This document shows positions 1 through 10,295 of a stretch of DNA of 64,000 nt, in pieces. Location: the NCBI GenBank assembly GCA_049700215.1, contig JBNAVT010000008.1, forward strand, positions 860 to 64,859, given 5' to 3'. A program made the position numbers and the translations under genes. The first letter of the stretch is position 1. Every line of letters starts with the position of its first letter. Source of the DNA: Thermoproteota archaeon (GTDB lineage: Archaea; Thermoproteota; EX4484-205; JAAOZP01). The notes under the pieces are model-generated. The model made no database searches. It was not told the origin of the DNA and worked only from the letters and a program-made list of their open reading frames with translations.

Positions 1-1848
1 AGCTTCGAGGAGGAGCTTGTTAGGACGGTTCTGCTAAGCGGCCTAACCGACGCTCAGGCCTTAGACGTGGTCAACACCCTTGCTAGGAACGTTGAGTGGC
101 TCAAGACGTTGAGTAGCAGGAGCATGGTTGAAGCAATCAGAAAAATAACTGATTACGTTGAGAAGGGGGAAATTGCTGAAGAGGCAGTTGAGAGGGTTAA
201 GAGGGAGAGCGAGGAGTACGTTAAGAACGTTAAGCTTGAGATAACCGGGTTCTGCAACTCCATCTCCGACGCCATGCTTGCGAACGAGGTTAATGACCTT
301 CTCAAGCACATCCTAAACGCACTTGGGCCCGATGATGCGAAATGGCTCCTTGACCTCTTGAGGAACGTTTACTACGAGGCACTAACCCAATCCCATGGTA
401 ATAGAGAGTTTGCGAATGCTAAGCTTAGAAGCGTTGTTGAAAGGGTGTTCAAGTATCCCGAGAGCAAGCTGCACGGCTGCAGGCTGGCCTCCGTTAAGAC
501 GTTGCAGCTGAAGAGCCTTGAGGAAGCGATCCTGGGAAAGACGCTGGAAGAAGCCCTTAGCTCGGAGGGCGAAGAGATAGTCGTCGACGGGTTTGAGAAA
601 ACAATACCTGAGTCCGGTTATGTAAGAGGCAGGAGGAAGCTTGAAAAAGGCCTCTACCTGGTTAGGGCGACTAGGAAGGAGGATGGAAAGGTTTTCGAGT
701 GGTCGAGCAGGAAGGAGGAAGATGGCGAAACCTTCGACACTTCGGTTCCAAAGAGATTTTTAAAGGAGCTAGCCGGAAAAGAAGTGGAAATAGCCATCGT
801 CAAATACGATTACTCACTACACTTTAAATTCAAGGGCTCAAACCTCTACTTCAGTCCAAGGGACGGGTTAATGGTGGAAGGAAGGGAGATAGAGTTAGAG
901 AGAGTTGAGCCGCTGAGCTGGAGTGAGAGGCACGGAGCATCAATAAAGGCAAAGCTTAAGCAGAGGAGCATACGTGGAGCCGAAATATACTTCGTGTTCT
1001 TCGAGGACGGAGACTTCGGCATTCTTTTCACCGGAGAATCTACGGATAGAGGAGTATGCAAGGCTACGTTGAGTATTGAAGGAAATTTGCTGATAATAGA
1101 GTACGAAGGTCATAAGTCAATCGTCCCGATCATCGTTCAGGAGTGGAAGGAAGGAGAGAAGTATTACCTTAACATTCTATTGGAGGGGAGGGGAAGGATT
1201 GAACTGGTTGAGAAGCTGAGGGAATTATTCGGATACTACAATACTGAAGCTTTGAGGAAGAAGATTGAGGAAGGCGAGCTAAAGCTGATAGCTTACTTTG
1301 ACAACGGAAAACATGCTACCTGCAGTATTAGAACTCTTGAGATCAACGTGCCTGAGGGGGCTGAGGTGCTGGAGTATATTGTGATTAGATCCTGCTTCAC
1401 ATTCTCAGAAACGCTAAGTGACGAACAGATTGAAGAAATAAAGAAAGCTTCTGATGTAAGACTGGGAGGCTATGGAAGAGATTGGGCTAGGGAAGCGATA
1501 GAGGCTGGTAAGCTCAGTGAAATGGATAAAGTGAAATTCATAAAGAAGGAAGCCTCAATCAAAAACAGAAAGGAGAAAGTAGACCTGGTTTTCATGAGGG
1601 AAGATGGTCGCCTCATAATTGTGGAAGTTAAGACAACCAAGATTTCTGATTACCTTAAGAATTATCTTGAGGATGGCCTGAAAGATTTAGAGGATTACAA
1701 GGCGTTGATTAATGAATATGGTCTCGACCTAGAAGATGTTAATTTGGGCATAAAGAGAGGAGAGGATATCGAAGCCTATGTAAGCATCTCAGTTTATTTC
1801 GATATAGAAAACAAGAAAGTGGACATTATATATAGTGTATTACCTTAG
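1..1848 (+). CDS. hypothetical protein, 5'-partial (frame open to window edge); C-terminal PD-(D/E)xK nuclease-like motif
   Basis: Reading frame is open from nt 1 in phase with the listed 67..1848 ORF. The C-terminal segment VDLVFMREDGRLIIVEVKTTK resembles the core of the restriction-endonuclease-like fold. No other recognisable domain. Confidence 0.45.
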   Translation, partial: SFEEELVRTVLLSGLTDAQALDVVNTLARNVEWLKTLSSRSMVEAIRKITDYVEKGEIAEEAVERVKRESEEYVKNVKLEITGFCNSISDAMLANEVNDLLKHILNALGPDDAKWLLDLLRNVYYEALTQSHGNREFANAKLRSVVERVFKYPESKLHGCRLASVKTLQLKSLEEAILGKTLEEALSSEGEEIVVDGFEKTIPESGYVRGRRKLEKGLYLVRATRKEDGKVFEWSSRKEEDGETFDTSVPKRFLKELAGKEVEIAIVKYDYSLHFKFKGSNLYFSPRDGLMVEGREIELERVEPLSWSERHGASIKAKLKQRSIRGAEIYFVFFEDGDFGILFTGESTDRGVCKATLSIEGNLLIIEYEGHKSIVPIIVQEWKEGEKYYLNILLEGRGRIELVEKLRELFGYYNTEALRKKIEEGELKLIAYFDNGKHATCSIRTLEINVPEGAEVLEYIVIRSCFTFSETLSDEQIEEIKKASDVRLGGYGRDWAREAIEAGKLSEMDKVKFIKKEASIKNRKEKVDLVFMREDGRLIIVEVKTTKISDYLKNYLEDGLKDLEDYKALINEYGLDLEDVNLGIKRGEDIEAYVSISVYFDIENKKVDIIYSVLP

Positions 1849-2519
1849 AGTGGGATGTAAATCCAGCCTCTTTCTTTCTCTAGTTTCTTAGCTTCTTCCT
1901 CTGTCAGTACAACAATTATCATAGGATTGCTAGAGACTTCGTAATATTGATATCCAGTATCCTTAATGATTTCATTCAACTCCTCCAAACCTATATCCAT
2001 GATGTAGTCATATCGTAAGACCATTCGGATGCTACGCCTCTTACCCTTAAAATCAAAGCTTACCTCCTCTACCGCCCACTTATATTCTAAAGGGATTATC
2101 CATTTACCACTTATATTCGTTGGTTGGAAAATGCCCCTCGATATCCTAGCAAGCCTCTTCAGGATAGCCACTCCAATCTCATCATTCAGCCACGTCTCTA
2201 TAGCTTCTTCCACAACTCTCTTAGCATCGAAGACTATTAATGCCCTGTCTATCCTAGCATCGCTACTTTTTATCCAATCCTTTTCGTGTTCCATGAGGCT
2301 CTCTCTTAGGATAACTCCATGAGGTCTCCCGATTTTTGACTTCCTCTTCTCATCCCACCAACTAGAGGAGTGATCTATTTCCCCGTTGAAAATCTTCTTT
2401 AATATCTCCTCTGAAGAAAGGTCGGAGTAGTCTTTGAAGAAATCCATCCTTCTAAGGTATTCTACCGAATTTACAAATCGCTTCCTAAGTTCAGACCTCA
2501 CCGTCCTATTAATAATCAT
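1845..2519 (-). CDS. hypothetical protein
   Basis: 224-aa ORF convergent with the upstream gene, overlapping by 4 nt. No recognisable motif. Confidence 0.35.
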   Translation of the reverse strand: MIINRTVRSELRKRFVNSVEYLRRMDFFKDYSDLSSEEILKKIFNGEIDHSSSWWDEKRKSKIGRPHGVILRESLMEHEKDWIKSSDARIDRALIVFDAKRVVEEAIETWLNDEIGVAILKRLARISRGIFQPTNISGKWIIPLEYKWAVEEVSFDFKGKRRSIRMVLRYDYIMDIGLEELNEIIKDTGYQYYEVSSNPMIIVVLTEEEAKKLEKERGWIYIPL

Positions 2520-2696
2520 GAAGCTCGCTTTTAAGCGTAACCATTATTTCTAGCGCGTCTTTATTAAGCTCTAACTATTTTATTCGATTGGAATCTAAGT
2601 TCTAAATCTCATTCATCAATAACTTAACAAAACATAATTAATGGATTGTTTGATTGGAAAAGTGGCGAGGGCCGGATCTGCTCGCGCGCGCACGCG

Positions 2697-2758
2697 CTTT
2701 GAACCAGCGACACCCCGGTCTTCAGCCGGGCGCTCTCCCAGGCTGAGCTACTTGGCGC
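2697..2758 (-). tRNA. tRNA-Phe(GAA)-like 5' fragment (positions ~1-60); 3' T-stem/acceptor strand absent - possible split-tRNA half or integration-derived tRNA fragment
   Basis: Minus strand reads GCGCCAAG-TA-GCTCAGCCTGGGAGAGC-G-CCCGG-CTGAAGA-CCGGG-GTGTC-GCTGG-TTCAAAG. This gives acceptor 5' strand, D-arm, anticodon arm with GAA, variable loop, T-stem 5' strand and T-loop. No complementary CCAGC/TTGGCGC follows. The overlapping ORF 2641..2847 translates to ...RFEPATPRS..., the typical tRNA reverse-complement artefact. Confidence 0.45.
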
Positions 2759-3885
2759 TTTCTAGCCTCGCCTCCTCGCCACGAGTTATCTTTTCGAGTA
2801 TCCGTATTTTAAACCTTTCTTCAGGGATTGAGGGTATGTTTTCTTAATATATATGTTGAATCTAAGCTTTGGTTTGACACCTGCTAATCTCTAAGTTTAG
2901 GTTATATAATACAGTTCTGTAAGCTGGTAACCTGTTGCTTCATAGTTCCCAAGCTTTCTCTTTCTAGGGTTAGAGATGTTTTTTATTGTTCTTCTGGTTT
3001 TTAGGCTGATTAAACGGGCTTTCCATCATTTTAGAGCCTCAGTGTTCCCAGCTTATGAAGAGAGGAGTAAAACTTTTTTAATATTGGTTGTATTGTTGTG
3101 ACGATGTTCCTTAACTTAAATGGTTTGTAAATTCGATTGACTAACTTCGTAAGTGAAACTTCTTTATGCGTGCCTTTTAAACTCGTTCTATCTTAACGTA
3201 AGTTGATGCTGATGATCCTTGGTTGTATTGCTCAGGCTGGTTTGAGTTTCTTATTCCCTGAGAGAAGCGAACCTGATGCCTTCTATAAACATGCTTTCTG
3301 CGCGCGCGAATGTTGTACGAATTGAGGTTGTACACCATGTCAACCTGAGGGTTGTTGGACTGTACCCAAATGTTATGGTTGTCCCGTGTGTCCCTGAGAT
3401 GGAGCAAAATATTCCATGGAGGTGTAGAAATAATGATAAAGCGTAGATATATGTCTTCTCTCAGTTTAGTCAGGTTGCTTATGGCGCCTCTGCTCATAGT
3501 CCTGTTTTCTATATGTATCTACGTTTATCTGCCGACACCAGTCAGTATTTTGGAAATTGGAGCACTTGTACTGTTTGCTTTCTTCGACTTGTCTTTAAGC
3601 ATGACTCAACAACTGAAAAGACGTACAATCATGTTTTTCGGTCTCTTATCCCTATCACTATCATACTTGCTAAATGTTTTCTGGTAGTTACTTTTACCTC
3701 AACATTCAGAAGTCATTCTCTTTCGCATCGTTTATTGTGACTTCAATTGTCTCGGCTGCTTTCTACATATTGTTAGCTTATAGATTGCTTGGAGCATATA
3801 AAGGGTGATGCATCGATGATCAAGTTTTCTTCTGAAGGTTCCTACGTGCAAGAAGATGGCTAAAAATATAGGGGGGTGGTCATGA

Positions 3886-4323
3886 ATGTTGGAAGAAATA
3901 GAGGGTGTAAAAGAATGGATACAGAAACCGTTTTCTTTTCAGCCACTCTGGCCTCTGGCGTTTGCTGCAATCATACTGGTCGTCATGATTGAAGCACCCA
4001 GCTATCTGTATGGGATAAGCCTTGGAGACTGGAGGTTCAGCGCATCCATCTTATCGTTTGCAATCGCTCTTTTCGTCGGTGCTCTCATTGAGCGATTTGG
4101 CGTCAAGAGCAGGGGTCTAACACTCCTCTCGTTCTCTCTTATTCGCCTCAAACATATTCTACGTACTCGGATTAACATCCCTTCTACCGATGAAATCGCA
4201 AGTGGAACTTGTAATATTCTCGCCGTTCATAGTCGCATCGATAGCTCTATTGCTTACGTATTCTCTCAAGATAGGCTACAACATGCTGAGGATAGAGAAG
4301 AAAGCTTGGACTTAGGTGAATGA
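3886..4323 (+). CDS. hypothetical small membrane protein (within AT-rich low-coding region)
   Basis: 145-aa ORF with two hydrophobic segments; no homology recognised. The surrounding 2850-4480 is AT-rich with only short ORFs. Confidence 0.2.
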   Translation: MLEEIEGVKEWIQKPFSFQPLWPLAFAAIILVVMIEAPSYLYGISLGDWRFSASILSFAIALFVGALIERFGVKSRGLTLLSFSLIRLKHILRTRINIPSTDEIASGTCNILAVHSRIDSSIAYVFSQDRLQHAEDREESLDLGE

Positions 4324-4493
4324 GCCGAAAAAGTGGTTCCTATTGTTTTTACTCGGGTTCTGGCTATCCAGTTCCCTATTAATGGGGTTCTATTAGTGTT
4401 GATGAACAATAAAGCATACATGCTATTTTAATTAGGCGGTTCTGATAGGAAGACATAAATCATGCCCATATTCCCCTTTTTGGAGATTCAGGT

Positions 4494-7229
4494 ATGAAAC
4501 ATGATTTCGGCGAGGACGAGTATCGCCTTGAGTTCCTGAGTGGAGGCGGGTTCGCTAGAAAGAGGTGTGTTAAATGCGGCAGGTTCTTCTGGACTCTCGA
4601 CCCTTCTAGGGAAGACTGTGGAGAGTCTCCCTGCTCGCCCTATACTTTCATAGGCAGGAGGGTGGGCAGGAGCATGGATGATCTGAGCCAAGTTAGGAAC
4701 GCGTTCCTGGGCTTCTTCAGGAAGAGGGGGCATGAGGTTGTTTCACCCTATCCTGTCGTATGCAGGTGGAGGGATGATCTTTACCTTACTGACGCGAGCA
4801 TAGTTGATTTCCAGCCTTATGTTACGGATGGCATTATTCCTCCCCCGGCTAATCCCCTAGTGATTTCCCAGCCATGTATACGTCTGGTTGACATTGACCT
4901 GGTTGGAAAGACTCTCGGGAGGCATCTCACTATTTTCGAAATGGGTGGGCACCATGCTTTCAACAGCGAGGAAAAAGAGGTCTACTGGAAGGAGGATACT
5001 GTGAGATACGGTTTTGAATTCTTCACGGGGGAGATGGGGGTTAAGGGTGAGGATCTTACTTTTGTGGAAAGCTCTTGGAGCGGGGGTGGAAACGCTGGGC
5101 CGTGCTTCGAAGTTATTTCACACGGTCTTGAGGTTGCGACCCTAGTCTTCATGAGGTATAAGGTTTATCCTGATGGTTCTCTGAGGGAGCTACCTATTCG
5201 AACGGTTGACACTGGATACGGGATGGAGAGGATAAACTGGCTTTTAACCGGCGCTCCCACAGGCTTCCATGCTTTCTACAGTAGGCTTCTCCAAGAAGCT
5301 TCTAAACTGGTGGATATCGAAGTTCCCCCTGAGCTCCTCAGGGAGTATGGGGTTAGGGTTTCCCTTTCTGAGAGTAAGTTCCTCAGCCCGGTGGAGAGGA
5401 TTAGGCTTGTCAGGGATCTGGGGCTCCCTGATTACTTCTCAGCTAAGCTTGAAGCGATGGAGAATGTTTTCAAGGCTCTGGATCATGTTAAGAGCCTAGT
5501 GTTCATTCTCTCAGAGGGCGTTGTGCCTTCTAACACTGGCGTGGGCTATCTGGCTAGGCTGCTCGTAAGGAAGACGGCCAGGGTCTTAGATAGGCTTGGC
5601 GCTACCTCTCTCTTACTCGACATGGTTTCATGGGAGGTTGACTACTGGGGCAGGGATTTTCCGAGTCTCAAAGGGCTTAAAGACAGTATTCTGAGGCTCG
5701 TCGAAATAGAGCTTAAAAAATACAGGAGGAGTGTTGAAGAGGGTGTTAGACACGTGGAGTCTCTTGTTAAAGAATCCAAGTCTCTAAGTGTTGAAAAGCT
5801 TGTTGAACTCTATGATTCTCACGGTGTTACGCCTGAGCAGGTTGCAGACTTTTTCTCGAAGAAAGGCGTTGAAGTAAGGATTCCGGAGGACTTTTACAGC
5901 ATGATAGCCTCCAGGCATAAACAGCCTAAGGGTCTTGAAGAGGAGGCTGTTACACTAGGTTTCGACGAGAAGGCTTTCCCCGAAACTGTAAAACACTACT
6001 ATGAGGATCCTGATTTGCTGGAGCTCGAGGCCAGGGTGCTGGGAGTCTTCGACGACAAGGTTGTTCTCGACCGGACGATCTTCTATCCTGAGGGCGGCGG
6101 CCAGCCTGCAGACGCCGGTAGGCTAGTATTCAACGGGAAGGAGGCCCTGGTAAGAGATGTTAAGAACTTGAATAATCGGATAATCCACTTCATAGAGGGG
6201 CCTGCCCCCAGAGTAGGCAGCGTTGTCAAAACGGTTGTTGACGCTGAAAGGCGTCTCCAGCTTAGAAGGGCTCACACGGCGACACACATTATAAACGCTG
6301 CCGCCAGAATAGTTCTAGGGAACCATGTTTGGCAAGCAGGCGCTCAGAAAGACACTGTTGAGTCCAGGCTTGACATAACCCATCCTCTTCCGCTTACTGA
6401 TGAAGAGATTGAGAAGATAGAGCGTAAGGCTAATGAAATAGCCCTGTTAAACATCGATGTTAAAGTACAGGTTTTACCTAGGGTCATCGCTGAGAAGGAA
6501 TATGGGTTCAGAATATACCAGGGTGGCGCTGTGCCAGGTAGGGAGCTCCGGATCATTAAGATAGACGGGTTTGACGCGGAGGCCTGCGGCGGGCTCCATG
6601 TTAACAAGACGGGTGACGTAGGTCTGGTGAAGATAGTTAGGGTTGAGAGGATTCAGGACGGGGTTGAAAGAATAGTGTTCCGGGCAGGAGTGTCCTCTCT
6701 GGATTACGTGAGATCGCTGGAAAACAAGATGTCTAGCCTGGAGAGCATACTCGGCGTCCCTAAGGATAAGATAGTTCAGGAGGCTGAGAGAGTCAAGAGC
6801 GAGTTGAAAAACCTGAGTAAGAAGATTGAGAGAATATTAGAGAGCCAGTTTGACGTTTTAGCGGATCAGCTGCTTTCAAAGGCTGTTGAGGAGTCCGGCA
6901 TTAGAATAGTGCTCTACAGTTCTGAAGATCTTGAAATAAACCATCTTATAAGTCTCGGCGAGAAAATCTCTAAGAAGGAGCCGAGCTCCGTAACAGTAGT
7001 AATGTCACCTATCCCAACTATGCAGTTCGCCGTGTTCGCAGGTGAAAAGGCTCTGGAGAAAGGTGTTGACTGCTCTCTGCTTGCACGCCGCATTCTTAGC
7101 GAAATCGGGGTCGGCGGGGGAGCCGGGGGCAGGAGAAACTTCGCGAAAGGAGGCTTAGCGGCCAAGGTTGACCCCGAATCCTTCCAATCAAAGGCTTTAA
7201 AAGCCGTAGGCAGTGTATTAAGTGGCTAA
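4494..7229 (+). CDS. alaS: alanine--tRNA ligase (AlaRS)
   Basis: 911 aa. Class II AlaRS catalytic core, editing-domain motif HTATHIINAAARIVLG...HVW, C-terminal DHHA1-like GGGAGGRRNFAKGG. Confidence 0.9.
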   Translation: MKHDFGEDEYRLEFLSGGGFARKRCVKCGRFFWTLDPSREDCGESPCSPYTFIGRRVGRSMDDLSQVRNAFLGFFRKRGHEVVSPYPVVCRWRDDLYLTDASIVDFQPYVTDGIIPPPANPLVISQPCIRLVDIDLVGKTLGRHLTIFEMGGHHAFNSEEKEVYWKEDTVRYGFEFFTGEMGVKGEDLTFVESSWSGGGNAGPCFEVISHGLEVATLVFMRYKVYPDGSLRELPIRTVDTGYGMERINWLLTGAPTGFHAFYSRLLQEASKLVDIEVPPELLREYGVRVSLSESKFLSPVERIRLVRDLGLPDYFSAKLEAMENVFKALDHVKSLVFILSEGVVPSNTGVGYLARLLVRKTARVLDRLGATSLLLDMVSWEVDYWGRDFPSLKGLKDSILRLVEIELKKYRRSVEEGVRHVESLVKESKSLSVEKLVELYDSHGVTPEQVADFFSKKGVEVRIPEDFYSMIASRHKQPKGLEEEAVTLGFDEKAFPETVKHYYEDPDLLELEARVLGVFDDKVVLDRTIFYPEGGGQPADAGRLVFNGKEALVRDVKNLNNRIIHFIEGPAPRVGSVVKTVVDAERRLQLRRAHTATHIINAAARIVLGNHVWQAGAQKDTVESRLDITHPLPLTDEEIEKIERKANEIALLNIDVKVQVLPRVIAEKEYGFRIYQGGAVPGRELRIIKIDGFDAEACGGLHVNKTGDVGLVKIVRVERIQDGVERIVFRAGVSSLDYVRSLENKMSSLESILGVPKDKIVQEAERVKSELKNLSKKIERILESQFDVLADQLLSKAVEESGIRIVLYSSEDLEINHLISLGEKISKKEPSSVTVVMSPIPTMQFAVFAGEKALEKGVDCSLLARRILSEIGVGGGAGGRRNFAKGGLAAKVDPESFQSKALKAVGSVLSG

Positions 7230-7271
7230 AAATAGTTTCCCACTCTAAATCTTTAAGTATCTTCAAAATGC

Positions 7272-10178
7272 TTGTCAAGCAAAACCTTGGAAGAGTCCGA
7301 GTACTCTTTCTTAGAAATCGAGAAAAAGTGGCAGAAGATGTATGAGGAGGAGAAGGTTTTCGAGGCTGAGCCAGACCCCTCTAGGCCAAAGTTCTTCGTA
7401 ACCTTTCCCTTCCCATACATGTCAGGGCCAGTCCACCTTGGAACCGCATACACTTTAACCCGTCTAGACGTTGTGGCAAGGTATAAGCGTAAGAGAGGGT
7501 TCAATGTCCTTTTCCCGTTCGCGTTCCACTGGACTGGGACAACCATAACCGGGATCTCTGACAGGATAAGGCGGGGGGATGAGAAGACTATTGAAATACT
7601 TGAGAAGATGGATGGTGTTCCGAGAGAGGAGATAGAGCGTTTCAAAGACCCGGTCTACCTGGCTAAGTATTATACTGAGAAGAATCGGGCGGCCCTCAAG
7701 GATTACGGTCTGGCTGTAGACTGGCGTAGAGAGTTCCATACTTCCAGCCTAAACCCTGGCTTCAGCACTTTCGTCCAATGGCAATACTTGAAGCTTAAGG
7801 AGAAGGGCTACATTACAAAGGGAGTGCACCCAGTCGTATGGTGTCCGAGAGACAAGAGTTCTACTGGAGACCATGACAGGCTTAGCGGAGAGGGAGTTTT
7901 TCCGGAGAAATTCTATCTTGTCAAATTCAGACTCGGAGACTCTCATTTTGTCGCAGCGACCTTCAGGCCGGAGACGATTTTCGGAGTCACGAATGTTTGG
8001 GTAAATCCTGACGCTCTTTACGCGGAGGCGATGGTAGACGGTGAAAAATGGATTGTTAGTGTTGAGACTCTAGATAAGCTCGCCGACCAGATGAGAACGG
8101 TTCGCAAGATACGTGGGTTCAAGGGTAGGGAGCTCGTAGGCAAGATTGTTGAGGCTGTTTTCACAGGCGTTAGAGTCCCGGTCTTACCGGCTTCATTCGT
8201 GGATCCCTCTCTTGGAACAGGCGTGGTCTACAGTGTTCCAGCGCACGCTCCATATGACTACATGGCTCTCGAAGACTTGAAGAGAAACGAGGCTGTTCTC
8301 AGGGAGTATAGTCTCAATCCGGGTGAAATCCGCTCGATAAAACCAGTGTCAATGATAACAACCGAGAAGTATGGTTCAAACCCTTCTGAGAAGCTGGTGG
8401 AGGAGCTTAAGATAAAGAGCCAGACTGATCCTAAGCTGGAAGAAGCTACAAGCCTAGTTTACAGAGAGGAGTTTCACAAGGGTGTGACGCTCAGCAACTG
8501 CGGCGTGTTTTCAGGCCTCCCCGTCCAGAAGGCTAAAGAACTCGTAATAGAAGAGATGAAGAAAACAGGTGCGGGAGACGAGTTTCTAGAGCTGCCGTCG
8601 CCAGTGGTTTGCAGATGCGGCACCAGGTGCCACGTTAAAATCCTGGAGGACCAGTATCTCTTGAGATACTCTTGGCCTGAATGGAAGGCTAAAGCCTTGA
8701 AAGCGTTAGAAAGAATGGACATATACCCGAAGGAGGTTAGGGAGAACTTCACGTATTTCATAAACTGGTATGACGACTGGGCTTTCACAAGAACCTCTGG
8801 GCTGGGGACACCTGTTCCATGGCTTCCCGGCCATATCGTTGAAACACTGAGCGACTCCACCGTGTACATGGCTTACTACGTTATTTCAAAATACGTTAAC
8901 AACGGGGTGTTGAAGCCTGAAAACCTTACTGAAGAGTTCTACGACTACGTTTTGCTCGGCGTAGGCGCGCCGGAGGAGGTTGAGAAGAAAACAGGCGTAT
9001 CAACAGATTTTCTGAGGAGGCTTAGATACGAGTTTGACTACTGGTACCCGGTTGACCTTAGGAATTCAGGTAAGGATCTTGTCGCAAACCATTTAACATT
9101 CTACATCTTCCACCATGTCGCCATCTTCCCAGAGGGGAAGTGGCCCAGGCAAATATCGGTGAACGGCTTCCTAAGGATAGAGGGGCAGCCCATGCATAAG
9201 TCGAAAGGGGTCTTCATCTCTCTCAGGGACGCTGTTGAAAAATACGGTTCGGATGCGACGAGAATAACCCTACTTCTCTCCGCAGAAGGCTTGGAAGACC
9301 CTAACTGGGAGGGTGAGAAGGCTAGTAAAAACATCGAGCTATTGAGAAGCATCTACGGGTTCATCCTCTCGCTCGCAGGAGAACAAGGATTGGTTCAAAA
9401 CGGCCACATGGAGGATTGGCTGAGAAACTCGGTCAGGAAACGCGTTAAAAAAGTTACGGATGCTCTTGAAAACATGCAGATAAGAGAAGCCACTAGCGAA
9501 GCCCTCTACGGTTTAAGGAACGACCTAAGATGGTACCTGAGAAGGGTTAAGGAGCCTGACGCAGAAGCCTTGAGAGAAGCAGTTGAAACATGGCTAAACC
9601 TGCTATACCCGTTCACGCCGCATCTCGCTGAAGAGTTGTGGAGCAAGCTGGGCGAGAAGAGCCTACTCGCTAACCACCCGTGGCCCAGAGTTGTTGAAGC
9701 AGACGAGAAGCCCCTGCTCGCAGAGAAATACTTAGAGCAGCTCGTAGAGGACACGTATCAAATACTGAAGGCTGTGAAAAAGACTTCGCTGGCGAGGCTG
9801 AGGCTCATAACCGCTGCACAGTGGAAGAACAATGCTTTCAAAGAAATAATTGAAACAGCCGAGACGAATCCCGAGAAAATAAGAGGAATACTCACCCGGC
9901 ACGCAACCGGCGTCAGCAAGGAGGAGCTTGGAAAACTCATAGGCCAAGTGGTGAAGAATCTACCGGCGATGACGGAAGAATACAGGGCCATTATGAAACA
10001 AGTATTAGAGAAAGGCGAGCGGAACATACTGAAGGAGGCGCAACCATTCTTCGAGAAAGAGTTCAAGTGCAAAGTTGAAATACTCAGCGAAAACGAGGCT
10101 CCAAAAGAGGAGCTGGAGAAACTAGTCAGGAAAAAGCCTCCAGCACAGCCAGGCAGACCAATACTATTAATAGAATAA
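7272..10178 (+). CDS. leuS: leucine--tRNA ligase (LeuRS), probable TTG start
   Basis: 968 aa. Class I aaRS HIGH-like PYMSGPVHLGTAYT and KMSKS-like PMHKSKG; archaeal LeuRS size. The first codon at 7272 is TTG; an ATG at 7268 is out of frame. Confidence 0.9.
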   Translation: MSSKTLEESEYSFLEIEKKWQKMYEEEKVFEAEPDPSRPKFFVTFPFPYMSGPVHLGTAYTLTRLDVVARYKRKRGFNVLFPFAFHWTGTTITGISDRIRRGDEKTIEILEKMDGVPREEIERFKDPVYLAKYYTEKNRAALKDYGLAVDWRREFHTSSLNPGFSTFVQWQYLKLKEKGYITKGVHPVVWCPRDKSSTGDHDRLSGEGVFPEKFYLVKFRLGDSHFVAATFRPETIFGVTNVWVNPDALYAEAMVDGEKWIVSVETLDKLADQMRTVRKIRGFKGRELVGKIVEAVFTGVRVPVLPASFVDPSLGTGVVYSVPAHAPYDYMALEDLKRNEAVLREYSLNPGEIRSIKPVSMITTEKYGSNPSEKLVEELKIKSQTDPKLEEATSLVYREEFHKGVTLSNCGVFSGLPVQKAKELVIEEMKKTGAGDEFLELPSPVVCRCGTRCHVKILEDQYLLRYSWPEWKAKALKALERMDIYPKEVRENFTYFINWYDDWAFTRTSGLGTPVPWLPGHIVETLSDSTVYMAYYVISKYVNNGVLKPENLTEEFYDYVLLGVGAPEEVEKKTGVSTDFLRRLRYEFDYWYPVDLRNSGKDLVANHLTFYIFHHVAIFPEGKWPRQISVNGFLRIEGQPMHKSKGVFISLRDAVEKYGSDATRITLLLSAEGLEDPNWEGEKASKNIELLRSIYGFILSLAGEQGLVQNGHMEDWLRNSVRKRVKKVTDALENMQIREATSEALYGLRNDLRWYLRRVKEPDAEALREAVETWLNLLYPFTPHLAEELWSKLGEKSLLANHPWPRVVEADEKPLLAEKYLEQLVEDTYQILKAVKKTSLARLRLITAAQWKNNAFKEIIETAETNPEKIRGILTRHATGVSKEELGKLIGQVVKNLPAMTEEYRAIMKQVLEKGERNILKEAQPFFEKEFKCKVEILSENEAPKEELEKLVRKKPPAQPGRPILLIE

Positions 10179-10295
10179 CGCCAGGCCCTCGCAATCAGCA
10201 TCCAACAAATAGTAAACCAATAACCCTCAAGCTTAAGCTCATTAAAGCAACCGGCAACTGAAAAAACTTAATAACCTTCACGAAAAAACACAACC

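Noticed and set aside
5269-9947. Numerous 60-130-aa ORFs inside alaS/leuS and other large genes (both strands)
   Set aside because: They are embedded in, or antisense to, well-supported long CDSs with strong homology. Treated as spurious.
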